From the NCBI GenBank assembly GCA_965215155.1, contig CBDCCY010000002.1, positions 559,698-623,697 on the forward strand: a DNA stretch of 64,000 bases, read 5' to 3'. The first letter of the stretch is position 1, and every line of letters begins with the position of its first letter. Under the pieces are notes generated by a model, which made no database searches, was not told the origin of the DNA, and was given only the letters and a program-made list of their open reading frames with translations. The position numbers and the translations under genes are program-made. The DNA comes from Vicinamibacterales bacterium (GTDB lineage: Bacteria > Acidobacteriota > Vicinamibacteria > Vicinamibacterales > UBA8438). Shown piece after piece: positions 37,453 through 45,708 of this stretch.

Positions 37453-38375
37453 GCTGAGGCCCCCAGATGGCGTTCGAGGCGGTCTGAGGCCAACTGCATC
37501 AATGCCGGTGCCGCCGACAGGTACCAGTATGTGTACTTGGGGTCGGCGTGCCCGAGATAGGTGGCCAGGAGCGCGATTCGCGCCGCCGGATTCTGGCCCT
37601 GTCGGTAGGCGTCGAGCAGCGTGCACGTCGCGAACCGATGTCGGATGTCGTGCAGCCGTGGCCGACAGGCGGCTGCGTGCGGCCGGAGGCCCGCGCGCTG
37701 GACCAGGGTGCGGAACGTCTGCTGTACATTGCGGCACAGCAGCCTCGTGCCCGCGGTAGAAACGAACAGCGCGGCGGTGTCCCGGGCCGCCAGCCGGTCC
37801 GCGCGGAGCAGATACTGCTGGACCGCGGCGCTGGCTGTGGGGTGCAGCGGAAGTGCACGGGACTTGTCGAATTTGCCGTGGCGGACGGTGATCAGCCCCT
37901 GCTCGGCGTCGAAATCGTGCCGATCGAGCGCGATGGCTTCACCGACGCGCATCCCGGTCACGACCAGCAGACCGATCAGGGTCCGATACGTTGCGGCCCG
38001 ATGCCCGGTGCGCAGCCCCGATGTGGCGACCAGCAGGGCCGCGATGTCTTCGTCGGTGTAGGGGTACGGCGTGGCGCGCTGGGCGCGCGCCTGCAACAGG
38101 TCGGCGGGCGGTATCTCGGTTGCCGGGTCGATCGTGCGCACGAAGGTCGCGAAGCCGCGGACGACGGTGAGTCGGCTGGCCCACCACGCCCTCGGGTCCT
38201 TCCCGGCGGGGAGTGTCGCCCAGGCGAGGGCGGTCTCGGTGCGCAGGCGCGTCTCCCCGCGGTCTTCGAGATAGGTCAGGAATTGCGCGAGGAGCTTCTC
38301 CGCGCGCGCCAAGCGGTAGCCCAGCGCCCGGCGCATCGTCAGATAGTCGGCCAGGGCTTGACGCAGGAAGGTCAT
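37449..38375 (-). CDS. Tyrosine recombinase, second gene of trio (RitB-like)
   Basis: LLVVTGMRVGEAIALDRHDFD, PRLHDIRHRFATCTLLDAYRQG, YLGHADPKYTYWYL; ATGA overlap. Confidence 0.9.
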   Translation of the reverse strand: MTFLRQALADYLTMRRALGYRLARAEKLLAQFLTYLEDRGETRLRTETALAWATLPAGKDPRAWWASRLTVVRGFATFVRTIDPATEIPPADLLQARAQRATPYPYTDEDIAALLVATSGLRTGHRAATYRTLIGLLVVTGMRVGEAIALDRHDFDAEQGLITVRHGKFDKSRALPLHPTASAAVQQYLLRADRLAARDTAALFVSTAGTRLLCRNVQQTFRTLVQRAGLRPHAAACRPRLHDIRHRFATCTLLDAYRQGQNPAARIALLATYLGHADPKYTYWYLSAAPALMQLASDRLERHLGASA

Positions 38376-39592
38376 GCTGCACCTCCAGGCCACGCGCGTG
38401 CGATCGTGCGCAGGGCGTCATGGTCGACCTTCGCGTAGATCGCCGTGGTCTGCAGGCGGGCGTGACGCAGGAAGTGCTGGATCTCGGACAGGGGGGCGCC
38501 CGCTCGGAGCAGTTGCGTTGCCGCGAAATGACGCAACCGATGTGCGTGGACGACGCCGAGGCCGGCTCGCTGCGCGGCGGCGGCCACAATCTGCGTGACC
38601 CCGGTCGGGCTCAACGGGCCCAGAGGCGCGACCAGGCGGACGAAGACGGTGCGCCCCTGCGCCCGGGTCGGCCGTTGGCGGAGATATGCGGCCACCGCGT
38701 TGCCCACATCGGTCGGGAGAGGCATGCGCTCGGCCCGATTCCCCTTGCCGTGTACGACGACCTCGCCGGCGCGCCAGTGCACGTCGTCGAGACGCAGGGT
38801 CGCCACTTCGGCGGCCCGCAGGCCGAGGCGGGCCAGCGTGGTGATGACCGCAAAGTCGCGGCGCCCTCCCAGCGTCCGGGGGTCGCACGCGGCGAGCAGT
38901 CGCCGGACGTGGTCGGGCTCGAGGCGCGGCGGAAGCGCCACCAGTCGTCGGCCGGCTACCGACGGGACGGCCGTCGCCAGCGAACGCTGGACCACCCCGG
39001 TGACATGCAGGAAGACCAGCAGCGAGCGCAGTGCGGTCGACGTCAGTTGCGCGGCCCGGCGGGATTGCTCGGCACAGCGCGCCACCATGAACGCAGTCAC
39101 GTCGGCCTCACCGAGTTGCTCGAGGTCCAGCCCGAGGCCGTCGGCCGAGATGCAGCCGCGCAGAAAGGGGCGGACCGCATCGACGTAGCCCTGGGCGGTG
39201 GCTTCGCCCAGACCCCGTTCCACGGTGAGGTAGTGCCGGTAGAGCACCAGGGTCTTGTCCACGGGCCCTGTCGGGATGGGCGTCGTCGCAGGCGGGATCG
39301 CGCCACGAGCCCGGAGGTACGTCAGCAACGGGCGCAGCGCCTTGCCCGTCAGATGCCTCTTGTAGCCGGCCTTCTGCCGTGCTTGCAGAAACTGCTGCGT
39401 TCGCTCTGGCAGGTCGCCGATGTCGAGGCCTCTTGCCTGCAGCCACCGGCTGACGGCCGACGCCAGAGACAACTGCGTCCGCAGCGAGCGCGGTGTGTAG
39501 CCTTGCTGCGCAAGCTCCGTCGCGAAGCCCGCCGCGAACGGCTTGAGCGAACCAGCGATGGCGACGACGGGAACGCGTGACGGATCACTCAT
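38372..39592 (-). CDS. Tyrosine recombinase, first gene of trio (RitA-like)
   Basis: TLARLGLRAAEVATLRLDDVHW, HAHRLRHFAATQLLRAG, FLRHARLQTTAIYAKVD. Confidence 0.9.
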   Translation of the reverse strand: MSDPSRVPVVAIAGSLKPFAAGFATELAQQGYTPRSLRTQLSLASAVSRWLQARGLDIGDLPERTQQFLQARQKAGYKRHLTGKALRPLLTYLRARGAIPPATTPIPTGPVDKTLVLYRHYLTVERGLGEATAQGYVDAVRPFLRGCISADGLGLDLEQLGEADVTAFMVARCAEQSRRAAQLTSTALRSLLVFLHVTGVVQRSLATAVPSVAGRRLVALPPRLEPDHVRRLLAACDPRTLGGRRDFAVITTLARLGLRAAEVATLRLDDVHWRAGEVVVHGKGNRAERMPLPTDVGNAVAAYLRQRPTRAQGRTVFVRLVAPLGPLSPTGVTQIVAAAAQRAGLGVVHAHRLRHFAATQLLRAGAPLSEIQHFLRHARLQTTAIYAKVDHDALRTIARAWPGGAA

Positions 39593-39732
39593 GAGAGCCT
39601 CCTCTCTCGTGGGTCGTGAGAGAAGAGTCTCCGTCCGTCAGCGCGCGGTGATTATCCGGATCGTCTCGTCGAAGACGCCCTGCACGACCGGGACATCAGG
39701 GCGGACATCGGAATAATCCCGACATCGGCATA

Positions 39733-40392
39733 GTGGTTCAGACACGTTTGGTGCAGGCCGTCGTAGCAGCGATACGGCGCCCATCCGTCGCGCACGAGCA
39801 CGCCGACGTAGTCGGTCCCCAGCACCGTGGCGGCATCGGCGAACCCGCGGCCGGGGCAGATGGCGTAGACCGTCGTCTCCGGCGTGACGAACGTCCACAG
39901 CCAATGGCGCTCGCCGCCGACGCGCCAGCCCGTCTCGTCCGGCGTGACCACGGGCGCGTTGCGGACCTGCTCGCACAGTTCCGTGTAGGCCGGCGCGGCG
40001 GCACGGGCCGCCCGGTGCAGCACGTGGGCCAGCCCGCCCGGCGTCACCTGCAGCCCGAACGTGGTCCGCAGCAGGTGCGCGACCTTCGCCAGCGGCACCC
40101 CCATCTCCGTGTGCAGCTCGACCAACAGCGCCACGACCGCGGGACCGAGCTGCACGCCCGCCGCCCCCAGCGCGTCCGAGGTCTGCAGCTCGTGGCGGCC
40201 CTGCACCCGCCGCTGACACCGCGTGCAGTGACCAACCTCGATGGCAAAGCGCCGCACCACCGGGCGCACCACCGGCAGGTCTTCCTGATACTGCGACGCC
40301 TCGCGGGTCCTTTCGACCGCGCCGCCGCAGTCCGGACATTCCCTCGGAATCGGCGCCGCGTGGGTCTCGTCGACCTGCGCCGGACGCCGGCG
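39733..40392 (-). pseudogene. IS66-type transposase, N-terminal part (truncated at radical SAM junction and by RIT)
   Basis: RRPAQVDETHAAPIPRECPDCGGAVE...TPDETGWRVGGERHWLWTFVTPETTVYAI...DGWAPYRCYDGLHQTCLNH. Confidence 0.88.
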
Positions 40393-40587
40393 GCAGCCAT
40401 GGCAGCGCAACTGGCAGCCCGAGATGACCGAGATGAAGAGGAACGGCGGGAAGTGCTCGCCCCGCTTGAGCCGCCGCTTGTAGAGCTGCACGGAGCGGAC
40501 GCCCTTGACGCCCATGTTCCAGACCAGCTTGCGCAGGGCGCGCGGGTCGGGCTCCGTCAGCATCCGCCGGGCGAGTCCGAGCACCAC
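40393..40587 (-). pseudogene. Radical SAM protein, N-terminal part with Cx3Cx2C
   Basis: VRSVQLYKRRLKRGEHFPPFLFISVISGCQLRCHGC then abrupt switch to IS66-type sequence; the downstream half is found at 17833-18798. Confidence 0.85.
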
Positions 40588-40591
40588 CTGG

Positions 40592-41494
40592 TCAGCCCTC
40601 CTGCCGCGCCGCCGCGGCGTCGATGGCGGCCTGGGCGCGCGCCTTGGCCGCCTCGGCCTTGGCCTGGATGTCCTCGAGGGTCGGCAGGCTCGCCAGCACC
40701 TCGGCCGGAATGTCGAGGTTCTCCTGCAGCTTGACGAGGCACTTCTGGCGCTCCTTGAGCGCCCGCTCCTCGTCGCGCTCCTTCGAGAAGCGCGACTTCG
40801 CCTTCGCGCTCCGGTCGCGCAGCGCGGCGTAGATGTCGCCGCCGAGCAGGGCCGAGATATCGACCTTCATCGCCTCCCGGCGCACGTCCTCCGCCTGGAT
40901 CTCGCCGCCGTGAATCGGCCCGTGGCGGTACTTGGGGAAGAGGATCGCCACCTCGGGGCAGACGCGAGAGCAGGCGGGGCAGTCGGTCTTGCAGTTGTCG
41001 TGGTTCTGGACCTGGATCTGGCCGCCCTTCGAGACGCCGTAGACGTCGAAGAGACAGAAGCTGAGGCACTGCATGCAGTTGGTGCAGCGGTCGAAGTCGA
41101 TGACCGGGAACCAGGGCTTCCAGGCGCCCGGCTCGCGGACGTCGCACTCGGCCCGGATGGCGTCCACCAGGGCCGCCACCGCGTCCGGCGTCCGGCCGCC
41201 GATGTCCCGGAACCACACACGGCCGCCGGAATCGGCGGCGGCCTCCGCGGGCTGCGGCTCCGTGAAGCGGCCCAGCACGGCCAGCACGTTCCCGTTGTCC
41301 TTCACCGCGGGCTTCACCGCGCGCGGGGGCGCGCCTGCCGCACCACCCGCCCCGATCCGCGTCACGCGGTAGCCCTTGTCGAGCAGCGTCTGCAGCACGT
41401 CGAAGCGATGCGCCGCGTCCAGCGGCTTGGCCCCGCGGCCTTCGTACAGCGCCACCCGCAGCACGGGCAGCGACAGGGCGCCGGCGCCGCTCAT
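40592..41494 (-). CDS. 4Fe-4S ferredoxin-domain protein
   Basis: VIDFDRCTNCMQCLSFCLFDVYGV...DNCKTDCPACSRVCPEVAILFPKY; ATGA overlap with upstream ORF. Confidence 0.85.
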   Translation of the reverse strand: MSGAGALSLPVLRVALYEGRGAKPLDAAHRFDVLQTLLDKGYRVTRIGAGGAAGAPPRAVKPAVKDNGNVLAVLGRFTEPQPAEAAADSGGRVWFRDIGGRTPDAVAALVDAIRAECDVREPGAWKPWFPVIDFDRCTNCMQCLSFCLFDVYGVSKGGQIQVQNHDNCKTDCPACSRVCPEVAILFPKYRHGPIHGGEIQAEDVRREAMKVDISALLGGDIYAALRDRSAKAKSRFSKERDEERALKERQKCLVKLQENLDIPAEVLASLPTLEDIQAKAEAAKARAQAAIDAAAARQEG

Positions 41495-41856
41495 CGGTCG
41501 CCGCCTCCATCGTCCCGGTTCAGCATCGCCTCCGCCACGGCCTCGGCCGTCTCTTCGCGCATGTTGAGAATCGTCGCCCTTTCCTTGTCCAGCGGCGTCC
41601 CGGCCGACGAGAAGAGCCAGCGCACCGCGCGCGGGTAGCAGGCGGCAATCGTCACCTCGCGCCCCCCCGCAATCTCCGCCAGCCGCGGATCCCGCCGCGC
41701 CGACATCTCGCACAGATCGGGCACGGCGTCGAAATCGGCCCCGGACGCCGCCAGCGCCTCCAGCGCCCCGTCCTTCACCTTGCGCGGCACCACGCGGGCG
41801 TAGGCGCAACGGCAGTAGACCAGGTTGGGCGCGGCGGTCGCTTCGGAATCGGCCAT
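41491..41856 (-). CDS. Small conserved Cys-rich protein (YCRCA...C...C)
   Basis: NLVYCRCAYARVVPRKVKDGALEALAASGADFDAVPDLCEMSARRD...TIAACYPRAVRWLFSSAG; TGATG overlap with the CobW-type gene. Confidence 0.65.
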   Translation of the reverse strand: MADSEATAAPNLVYCRCAYARVVPRKVKDGALEALAASGADFDAVPDLCEMSARRDPRLAEIAGGREVTIAACYPRAVRWLFSSAGTPLDKERATILNMREETAEAVAEAMLNRDDGGGDR

Positions 41857-43082
41857 CACACCGTCGCCAGACGATAGGTGGGGGTCGGCCGGGACGGCCG
41901 GAAGTGCTCGATGTGCTCGATCTCGGCCCGGCGGTCCGGTCCCGCCGCCTCCCACGCGGAGAACGCCGCGAGCGCCGCCTCGCGCAGCCGCGGAGGCTCG
42001 TGCTCGGCGCGCAGGTTGACGATCAGCTCCGCCGCATCGACCGGCTCCTTGAGCGAGTGGGCGAGCTCGGCCCGCCGATCGCCCGCGACCAGGTTGAGGA
42101 CCGCGATGTCCGCGGGCAACTCGTCCGCCGTCAGCGTCATCTTGAGGTGGGCGATCTCCCCCGCGCCGACGGCATCCGCCATGCCCGCCGCGAGGTCGCG
42201 AAGCAGCGCGTTTCCGTCGAACGGCACCGCGGACGACACGCGCACCGTGGCGTTCAGCCAGCCGAGCAGGGCTTCGCCCTCGGCGTAGGCATCGTAGTCC
42301 ACTTCCGGCGCCGTCCCGAGACCCATCGCGCCGCGGGTCACCCGCTCCACCCAGGGTCCCAGCCCGTCGCCCTCGCGCGCCGACATCGCCAGCACCTCCG
42401 CCTGCGGATAGCGCTCCTCCAAAGCATCGCGCAACCGCCCGAGGCGCGCCCCATCCAGCAGATCGACCTTGTTGACCACGATGACGTCCGCCTCCGCGAG
42501 CTGCCGGTCGTATACGTAGCGCACCTTCTGCGAGAACGAACGGCCTGTCTCCAGCCTCAGCACCCGCAGGGCGCGGAGCGGATCGACGAGCACGCTCAGC
42601 GGCGCGATCTCGAAGGCGTCACCGTACATCCGGCGCAACGGATAGCTGACGGCGGCCCTGAGGTCGGTGCAGCTCCCGACCGGCTCGGCAAGGAATACGT
42701 CCGGGCGCGCCTCTGCGTTCAGTCGGTCCGCGGCCTCCATCAAGGTGTTGAACCGGCAACAGAAGCAGCCGCCGGTGATCTCCTCCACCGGAAAGCCCTG
42801 CGCGCGGGCCAGCGCGGTGTCGACGAGCCCGACGCTCTGGTCGTTGGTGATCAGCCCGACCCGCCGTCCGCGGTCGGTCAGCAGGCGCGCGAGCCGGACG
42901 ATGGCCGTCGTCTTGCCGGCCCCGAGGAAGCCGCCGACCATGACGTAGCGCGCTCGCGCGCCCTGGCGGGCGCGTTGGGAGTCTGCGCTCGCGCGAAGCA
43001 CCCTTGACGAGCGTTCTGCGGCGCAGACTCCTGGCGCGCCGTCCGGCGCCGTCGTCCCGCGTTGCGTCTCGTCTCCCGTCAT
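41856..43082 (-). CDS. CobW/CobP47K-type G3E GTPase
   Basis: VGGFLGAGKTTAIVRLA, GGCFCCRFNTL, VVNKVDLL; ATGA overlap with GcvH-like gene. Confidence 0.85.
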   Translation of the reverse strand: MTGDETQRGTTAPDGAPGVCAAERSSRVLRASADSQRARQGARARYVMVGGFLGAGKTTAIVRLARLLTDRGRRVGLITNDQSVGLVDTALARAQGFPVEEITGGCFCCRFNTLMEAADRLNAEARPDVFLAEPVGSCTDLRAAVSYPLRRMYGDAFEIAPLSVLVDPLRALRVLRLETGRSFSQKVRYVYDRQLAEADVIVVNKVDLLDGARLGRLRDALEERYPQAEVLAMSAREGDGLGPWVERVTRGAMGLGTAPEVDYDAYAEGEALLGWLNATVRVSSAVPFDGNALLRDLAAGMADAVGAGEIAHLKMTLTADELPADIAVLNLVAGDRRAELAHSLKEPVDAAELIVNLRAEHEPPRLREAALAAFSAWEAAGPDRRAEIEHIEHFRPSRPTPTYRLATV

Positions 43083-43555
43083 TCCCCGTCACCCTCGCGG
43101 CGGCTCTCCAGCATGCGATCGATGGTCGCGTCGAGCACGTGCACGTACTCGTCGACGTCCAGGCTGGCCGGATCCGGCGACCCCTCGACGGCGTAGAGCC
43201 AGCCCTCGTCGTACGGTGCGGACTCGACGAGCGTGATGTCGGCGTCGAGCGCCGCGTTGGCTCCGCCGAAGCGGCCCGACGCCACGGCGTAGATGTCCGA
43301 GACGGCCTTGAATCCCTCGATCGAGCCGATCCGCTGCCCCAGTTGCACAGGCTCGCCCGGCGCCAGCGCGAAGGAGCATTCTACTAGGTCGCCCAGCATG
43401 CGGGTGGCGAAGGTGGTCAGGCCGACGCGCCAGCCGCCGGCGGCCGCCCGGGTGAGCCAGTAGTGCGACCGCGTGAACCGGTGGCCGGCGGGCAGGCGCG
43501 TCGCGAACCGGGAACGCCGGTAGCGGACGAAGCGGCTCGCGGGCGGCGTCGTCAT
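43079..43555 (-). CDS. Glycine-cleavage H-like lipoyl carrier protein
   Basis: RFTRSHYWLTRAAAGGWRVGLTTFATRMLGDLVECSFALAPGEPVQLGQRIGSIEGFKAVSDIYAVASG, with a putative lipoyl-Lys in EGFKAVSD. Confidence 0.85.
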   Translation of the reverse strand: MTTPPASRFVRYRRSRFATRLPAGHRFTRSHYWLTRAAAGGWRVGLTTFATRMLGDLVECSFALAPGEPVQLGQRIGSIEGFKAVSDIYAVASGRFGGANAALDADITLVESAPYDEGWLYAVEGSPDPASLDVDEYVHVLDATIDRMLESRREGDGE

Positions 43556-44754
43556 GACGGCCGCGGCGTCGCGGGGACGGCGCCGGCCAGCAGAGCGCCG
43601 GTCATCGCCTCCAGATCGGGCGGGTCCGAGAGATGGCACCACGAGAGCCGCACGGCGCCGGCTTCCTCGTCCGGCGGGAGGCCCATCGCGGCCAGCACGT
43701 GGCTGCAGGTGTACGCCTGCGAGGTGCAGGCGGCGCCGTCCGAAATGGCGACCAGCCCGGCCCACGCCTCGATGAGGGCGTCCTTGTCCCAGCCCGGGAT
43801 CGAGAGATTGACGATGTACGGCAGCCGGCGCTGGGGATCGCCATGCACGCGCGGCGCGAGCGGCGCCAGTCCCGCGAGCAGGCGCTCCCCGAACGCGGCG
43901 GCCGCGGCGAGCCGCGCGTCGTGCTCGTCGAGAGCCAGTTCGGCGGCCTTGCCGAACGCGGCAATCAGGCCGACCGGCAGCGTGCCGGGCCGCAACCCCA
44001 GCTCCTGCCCCCCGCCGTACAGCAGGGGCGTCAGCGGGGGACGGGCGCCGCCCCGATGCCGGGCGAGCAGGGCGCCGACGCCCTTGGGGCCACAGATCTT
44101 GTGGCCGCTGGCGCTGATCAGGTCGACCCGCGGGTGCCGCAGCGCGTCGAGCGCCTTGCCGAATCCCTGCGCGGCATCGACGTGCAGGATGGCCGGCGAG
44201 CCGGCGAGCCGGTCGGCGATTTCCGCAATCGGCTGCTCGACGCCGGTCTCGTTGTTCACGTGCATCACGGATACGAGCAGCGTGTCGGGTCGCACCGCCG
44301 CGACCACGCGTTCCGGGTCGATCCAACCCCCGGGCTCCGCATCCAGCAGCGAAAGCTCGAACCCGCGCGAGGCGAGCACGCGCAGGGGCTCCAGCACGGC
44401 GTGGTGCTCGATCTTCGTGCCGACGAGGTGCATGCGCCGCTCCCCGCGCCCGTACGACTCCAGGCCGAGGATGGCGAGGTTGTTGGACTCCGTGGCGCCG
44501 CTCGTGAAGACGACCTCGTTGCGGCGGACGCCGGCTACCCGGGCTACGTGGGCGCGAGCCCGCTCCACCGCCTGCCGCGCGGTCCGACCGTAGTCGTGCG
44601 TCCGGCTTCCGGCGTTTCCGAAGTCCACCTCGGCATAGCGGCGGAGTTCCGCCTGCACCCGCGGGTCGAGGGGGCAGGTGGCAGCGCAATCCAGATAGAC
44701 TGGCCCGGACCGGTCAGGCGGTGGCACGGTGGCTCCGGATTGTACCCGCAGCAT
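43552..44754 (-). CDS. Cysteine desulfurase (IscS/NifS-like)
   Basis: VYLDCAATCPLDPRV, FTSGATESNNLAILG, SASGHKICGPKGVGAL, SDGAACTSQ; TGATG overlap with the next gene. Confidence 0.9.
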   Translation of the reverse strand: MLRVQSGATVPPPDRSGPVYLDCAATCPLDPRVQAELRRYAEVDFGNAGSRTHDYGRTARQAVERARAHVARVAGVRRNEVVFTSGATESNNLAILGLESYGRGERRMHLVGTKIEHHAVLEPLRVLASRGFELSLLDAEPGGWIDPERVVAAVRPDTLLVSVMHVNNETGVEQPIAEIADRLAGSPAILHVDAAQGFGKALDALRHPRVDLISASGHKICGPKGVGALLARHRGGARPPLTPLLYGGGQELGLRPGTLPVGLIAAFGKAAELALDEHDARLAAAAAFGERLLAGLAPLAPRVHGDPQRRLPYIVNLSIPGWDKDALIEAWAGLVAISDGAACTSQAYTCSHVLAAMGLPPDEEAGAVRLSWCHLSDPPDLEAMTGALLAGAVPATPRPS

Positions 44755-44793
44755 CGGCGCCCCGCAGTCCTGCGGGCCGGTGGCCGGTCGCCC

Positions 44794-45522
44794 ATGCGCT
44801 TCGAGGACCACGGCTCGGTTCCGCCCGAGCGCGGCCTGGCAATCGAGATCGACGCGTTGCGCGCGCTGGCACGGGCCTCCGCGCGACGGCCGCTGCCCCC
44901 CCAGAGGGAGCCGCTCGCACCGGCGGAGCCGGTCGGCCCGACCGCGTCGCGGCCCTGGGATGCGCGGCTGGGCGCGCAGGCCGCCGAGCGTCTGCTGGTC
45001 TGGGAATCGGCGCGCCCCGCCGTGGTCCTGCCGCGGCTGGGCAATCCGCACCGGTGGGTCCGCGCAACCGCGTGTGCCGCGCTCGACGTCCCGCTGCTCC
45101 ACCGGGACTCGGGAGGCGGGGCGGTGGTCGTCGGACCCGGATGCTTGAGCTTCGCCCTGGTCCTGTCGCTCGATGCGCGCCCCCGGCTGGCGGATGTCGC
45201 GCGCAGCTACGACTGGCTGCTCGCCCGGGAGGCCGGCGCCCTGGCCCTCGGTGGAATCGCCGTCCGCTCGACCGACCTCGCCCTCCGCGATCGGAAGTTC
45301 GCGGGGCACGCCCAGCGCCGGGTCGGCGGCGCTCTGCTGCACCACGGAGTGCTGCTCTACGACTTCGACCTCGACTTGATCGGCCGGCTGCTGGCCGAAC
45401 CCCCGCGTGCACCGGAGTGGCGCCGGTCCCGGAACCACCGCGAGTTTCTGACCAACGTGCCCCTGTCACGGTCCGCGATCGTGCGCCGCCTGCAGCATCT
45501 CCCGACCGCCCTGCAGCGGTGA
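44794..45522 (+). CDS. Lipoate-protein-ligase-like (biotin/lipoate A/B ligase family) protein
   Basis: LLVWESARPAVVLPRLGNP, VPLLHRDSGGGAVVVGPGCLSFALVLSLDA, GIAVRSTDLALRDRKFAGHAQRRVGGALLHHGVLLYDFDLDLIGRLL. Confidence 0.82.
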   Translation: MRFEDHGSVPPERGLAIEIDALRALARASARRPLPPQREPLAPAEPVGPTASRPWDARLGAQAAERLLVWESARPAVVLPRLGNPHRWVRATACAALDVPLLHRDSGGGAVVVGPGCLSFALVLSLDARPRLADVARSYDWLLAREAGALALGGIAVRSTDLALRDRKFAGHAQRRVGGALLHHGVLLYDFDLDLIGRLLAEPPRAPEWRRSRNHREFLTNVPLSRSAIVRRLQHLPTALQR

Positions 45523-45708
45523 ATTCGTGCTCCGCAAGCACGGCCGTGCGGCCGCGTTCCGCTGCTGGACGGCCGCGTTTCGCTGCCGGCGGAGCACGTC
45601 CGGAAGAAGCGCGCGGACCGGCTCGCCGCCACCGTGCGGGCATCGCGCTCGATCGCGCCCGACCGGGGAACGGGCGCGGGGCTCGACCGGCGCCGACGAC
45701 TGACGGGT

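Larger units (their letters stand above)
36351..39738 (-). mobile_element. Recombinase-in-trio (RIT) element
   Basis: Three overlapping tyrosine recombinase genes bounded by 34-bp inverted repeats AACCACTATGCCGATGTC[A/G]GGATTATTCCGATGT at 36376-36409 and 39705-39738; inserted in an IS66-type gene. Confidence 0.92.

Noticed and set aside
43552-44754. Cysteine desulfurase as DndA of a DNA phosphorothioation system
   Set aside because: No dndB-E or ssp-type genes nearby; neighbours are GcvH-like, CobW-type and Fe-S proteins.
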